Shown: positions 62,214 through 64,000 of the stretch, piece by piece | Layout: every line of letters begins with the position of its first letter | Position numbering within the stretch: the stretch's first letter is position 1 | Assembly (NCBI GenBank): GCA_052279835.1 | Contig: CP181291.1 | Location: forward strand, 3,808,001 to 3,872,000 | Origin: Microcoleus sp. | GTDB taxonomy: Bacteria > Cyanobacteriota > Cyanobacteriia > Cyanobacteriales > Microcoleaceae | Reading direction: 5' to 3' | Length of the DNA: 64,000 bases | Position numbers and translations under genes: made by a program | The notes under the pieces: model-generated | Seen by the model: only the letters and a program-made list of their open reading frames with translations | Database searches by the model: none | Told to the model about the DNA's origin: nothing

Positions 62214-63098
62214 ATGCTTACCGAGTCCGATCGCCCAACCGAATCCACATTGCTAGCCGTCGTGAGGCTTTTGAGATGGGACAAGCCAGCAGGACGGCTA
62301 ATTTTAATGATTCCAGCCCTCTGGGCGGTATTTTTAGCAGCCCACGGGAGGCCACCCGCAACCTTGGTGGGTGTGATTGTGCTTGGCACCTTAGCCACCA
62401 GTGCGGCGGGATGCGTCATCAACGACTTGTGGGATCGGGATATCGATCCCGAAGTGGAAAGAACGCGATCGCGCCCCCTAGCATCCCGCGCCCTGAAAGT
62501 GCAAACTGGGATTGGAGTAGCCTTAATTTCCTTTGCCTGCGCCGCCATTCTCGCCCTTTATCTAAATCCCTTAAGTTTCTGGTTGTGCGTCGCCGCCGTA
62601 CCAGTAATTATCTGCTATCCCCTCGCAAAAAGATTCTTTCCAGTCCCACAATTAGTATTATCAATAGCCTGGGGGTTTGCCGTTTTAATTAGTTGGAGTG
62701 CGACGGTTGGGAAACTAGAATTAGCTACTTGGTTGCTGTGGGGTGCTGTGGTGCTATGGACTTTGGGCTTTGATACTGTTTATGCCATGAGCGATCGGGA
62801 AGATGATTTGCGTTTGGGCGTGAATTCCAGTGCGCTATTTTTTGGGAATAATGCCGCTAATGCTGTGGGTTTTTTCTTTTTAGCTACAGTGGGTTTATTA
62901 GCAGCAATGGGGATTAATTTACAGTTGCATATTGGTTTTTGGTTGGCTGTTTTTGGCGCGGCCATTTTGTGGTTTTTGCAATACAGTCAACTGCGGAAAG
63001 CCGATATCCCGAATCCCGTTTATGGTCAAATATTTCGCCAAAATGTTTGGGTAGGGTTTGTCATATTGGCGGGGATGATTGTTGGGGAGATTTTTTAA
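62214..63098 (+). CDS. ubiA: 4-hydroxybenzoate solanesyl/polyprenyltransferase
   Basis: LLRWDKP, NDLWDRDID...RT..RPLAS, FDTVYAMSDREDD. Confidence 0.92.
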   Translation: MLTESDRPTESTLLAVVRLLRWDKPAGRLILMIPALWAVFLAAHGRPPATLVGVIVLGTLATSAAGCVINDLWDRDIDPEVERTRSRPLASRALKVQTGIGVALISFACAAILALYLNPLSFWLCVAAVPVIICYPLAKRFFPVPQLVLSIAWGFAVLISWSATVGKLELATWLLWGAVVLWTLGFDTVYAMSDREDDLRLGVNSSALFFGNNAANAVGFFFLATVGLLAAMGINLQLHIGFWLAVFGAAILWFLQYSQLRKADIPNPVYGQIFRQNVWVGFVILAGMIVGEIF

Positions 63099-63120
63099 TA
63101 GACATCGACCATATTTATTG

Positions 63121-63145
63121 TTGAACAGGCATCTTGCCTGTTCAA
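63121..63145. terminator. Palindromic repeat between convergent genes (probable bidirectional terminator)
   Basis: TTGAACAGGCATCTTGCCTGTTCAA. Confidence 0.55.
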
Positions 63146-63167
63146 AAAGCGATATTAGCAGTTATCG

Positions 63168-64000
63168 TCAGGTGGAAAAACGCCAAATCTTAATAGTTCT
63201 ATCTCGGCTACCACTTACGAGAGTTTGTCCGTCAGGACTAAAGGCCAGACAATAAACAGTGTCTGAATGTCCTAGAGTGTGAATCGGTTCTCCGGTAAAT
63301 AAATCCCAAATTCTAATAGTGCGATCGGCACTACCGCTGGCGAGATATTTGCCATCAGGACTAAAGGCAATAGCGTGAACATCATCCGTATGTCCTGTCA
63401 AGTTGCTTTTGATTTCTCCACTGCTTAAACGCCACAGTTTAATCGGTTGCTTCGCCCCGCCGCTGGCGAGAGTTTGTCCGTCGGGACTGAAGGAAACAGT
63501 ATAAACGATGTTGTCGCTAAAAAAAGAACGAGTCCAACCAATAGGGCCGTCCCCAGGGCCGTTTAAATTGCGGATTTCTCTGCCTGTGTGAAGATTCCAA
63601 AGCTTGATATTGCTGTCGAAACTTCCACTAGCCATTATATTGCCGTCGGGAGCGATCGCAACGTCATGAACTGCCCAAACATGACCTCTGAGAGTGTGTC
63701 GCAATTCCCCGGTTTCGAGGTTCCAAACTTTCACGGTACTGTCAGCGTGGTGTCCGCTGACTAAAGTTTTGCCATTAGGAGTTAGGGCGATCGACCATAC
63801 AGAAAGAACCACCCAATCATCGCCTTTGAGAGTGCGTTTTAGTTGCCAGGTTGGAGTATCCCACAATTTAATAGTGCCGTCAGGATTGGCGCTGCTGCTA
63901 GCAAGAGTTTTCCCATCGCTGCTGAAAGTAACGCAAGTCACGCCGCCAGAATGTTCGGTGAGATTTTCGAGAAGTTCTCCTGTTGTCAAATTCCATACTT
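63168..64000 (-). CDS. WD40 repeat protein (5' end outside the window)
   Basis: Repeated GH...FSPDG..LASGS.D.TIKIW units. Confidence 0.93.
   Translation of the reverse strand, partial: VWNLTTGELLENLTEHSGGVTCVTFSSDGKTLASSSANPDGTIKLWDTPTWQLKRTLKGDDWVVLSVWSIALTPNGKTLVSGHHADSTVKVWNLETGELRHTLRGHVWAVHDVAIAPDGNIMASGSFDSNIKLWNLHTGREIRNLNGPGDGPIGWTRSFFSDNIVYTVSFSPDGQTLASGGAKQPIKLWRLSSGEIKSNLTGHTDDVHAIAFSPDGKYLASGSADRTIRIWDLFTGEPIHTLGHSDTVYCLAFSPDGQTLVSGSRDRTIKIWRFST

Overview
Chromosomal window from a cyanobacterium, most likely filamentous and Oscillatoriales/Microcoleaceae-like (inferred from dense HIP1 GCGATCGC sites, heptameric STRR arrays and gene content). The backbone is mostly housekeeping: holB, tmk, Cu-ATPase, ctp protease, xth, CBS-CP12, glpX, hemA, pgm, pilT, ilvC, mnmE, selO, ppx and ubiA. 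The main accessory feature is an 8008-bp element integrated at tRNA-Arg(UCU), bounded by a 76-bp direct repeat. It encodes a tyrosine integrase, a four-gene operon of uncharacterised, mostly membrane proteins, a primase-helicase with an internal palindromic origin-like region, and an RHH-like regulator. That regulator carries a textbook -1 ribosomal frameshift signal. The element also has about 18 TGTAGACA boxes and a ~370-nt region that folds like a structured RNA; it has no capsid, terminase or relaxase genes. Elsewhere there is a cas-less CRISPR array (7 repeats; one spacer encodes an RTX nonapeptide), a 121-bp MITE in two copies with 8-bp TSDs, an orphan IS200/IS605-type end, and a pseudokinase/kinase TPR pair. 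Four or five genes carry apparent single-base insertions in short homopolymers that look like sequencing errors. All calls come from reading the sequence by eye; no searches were run.
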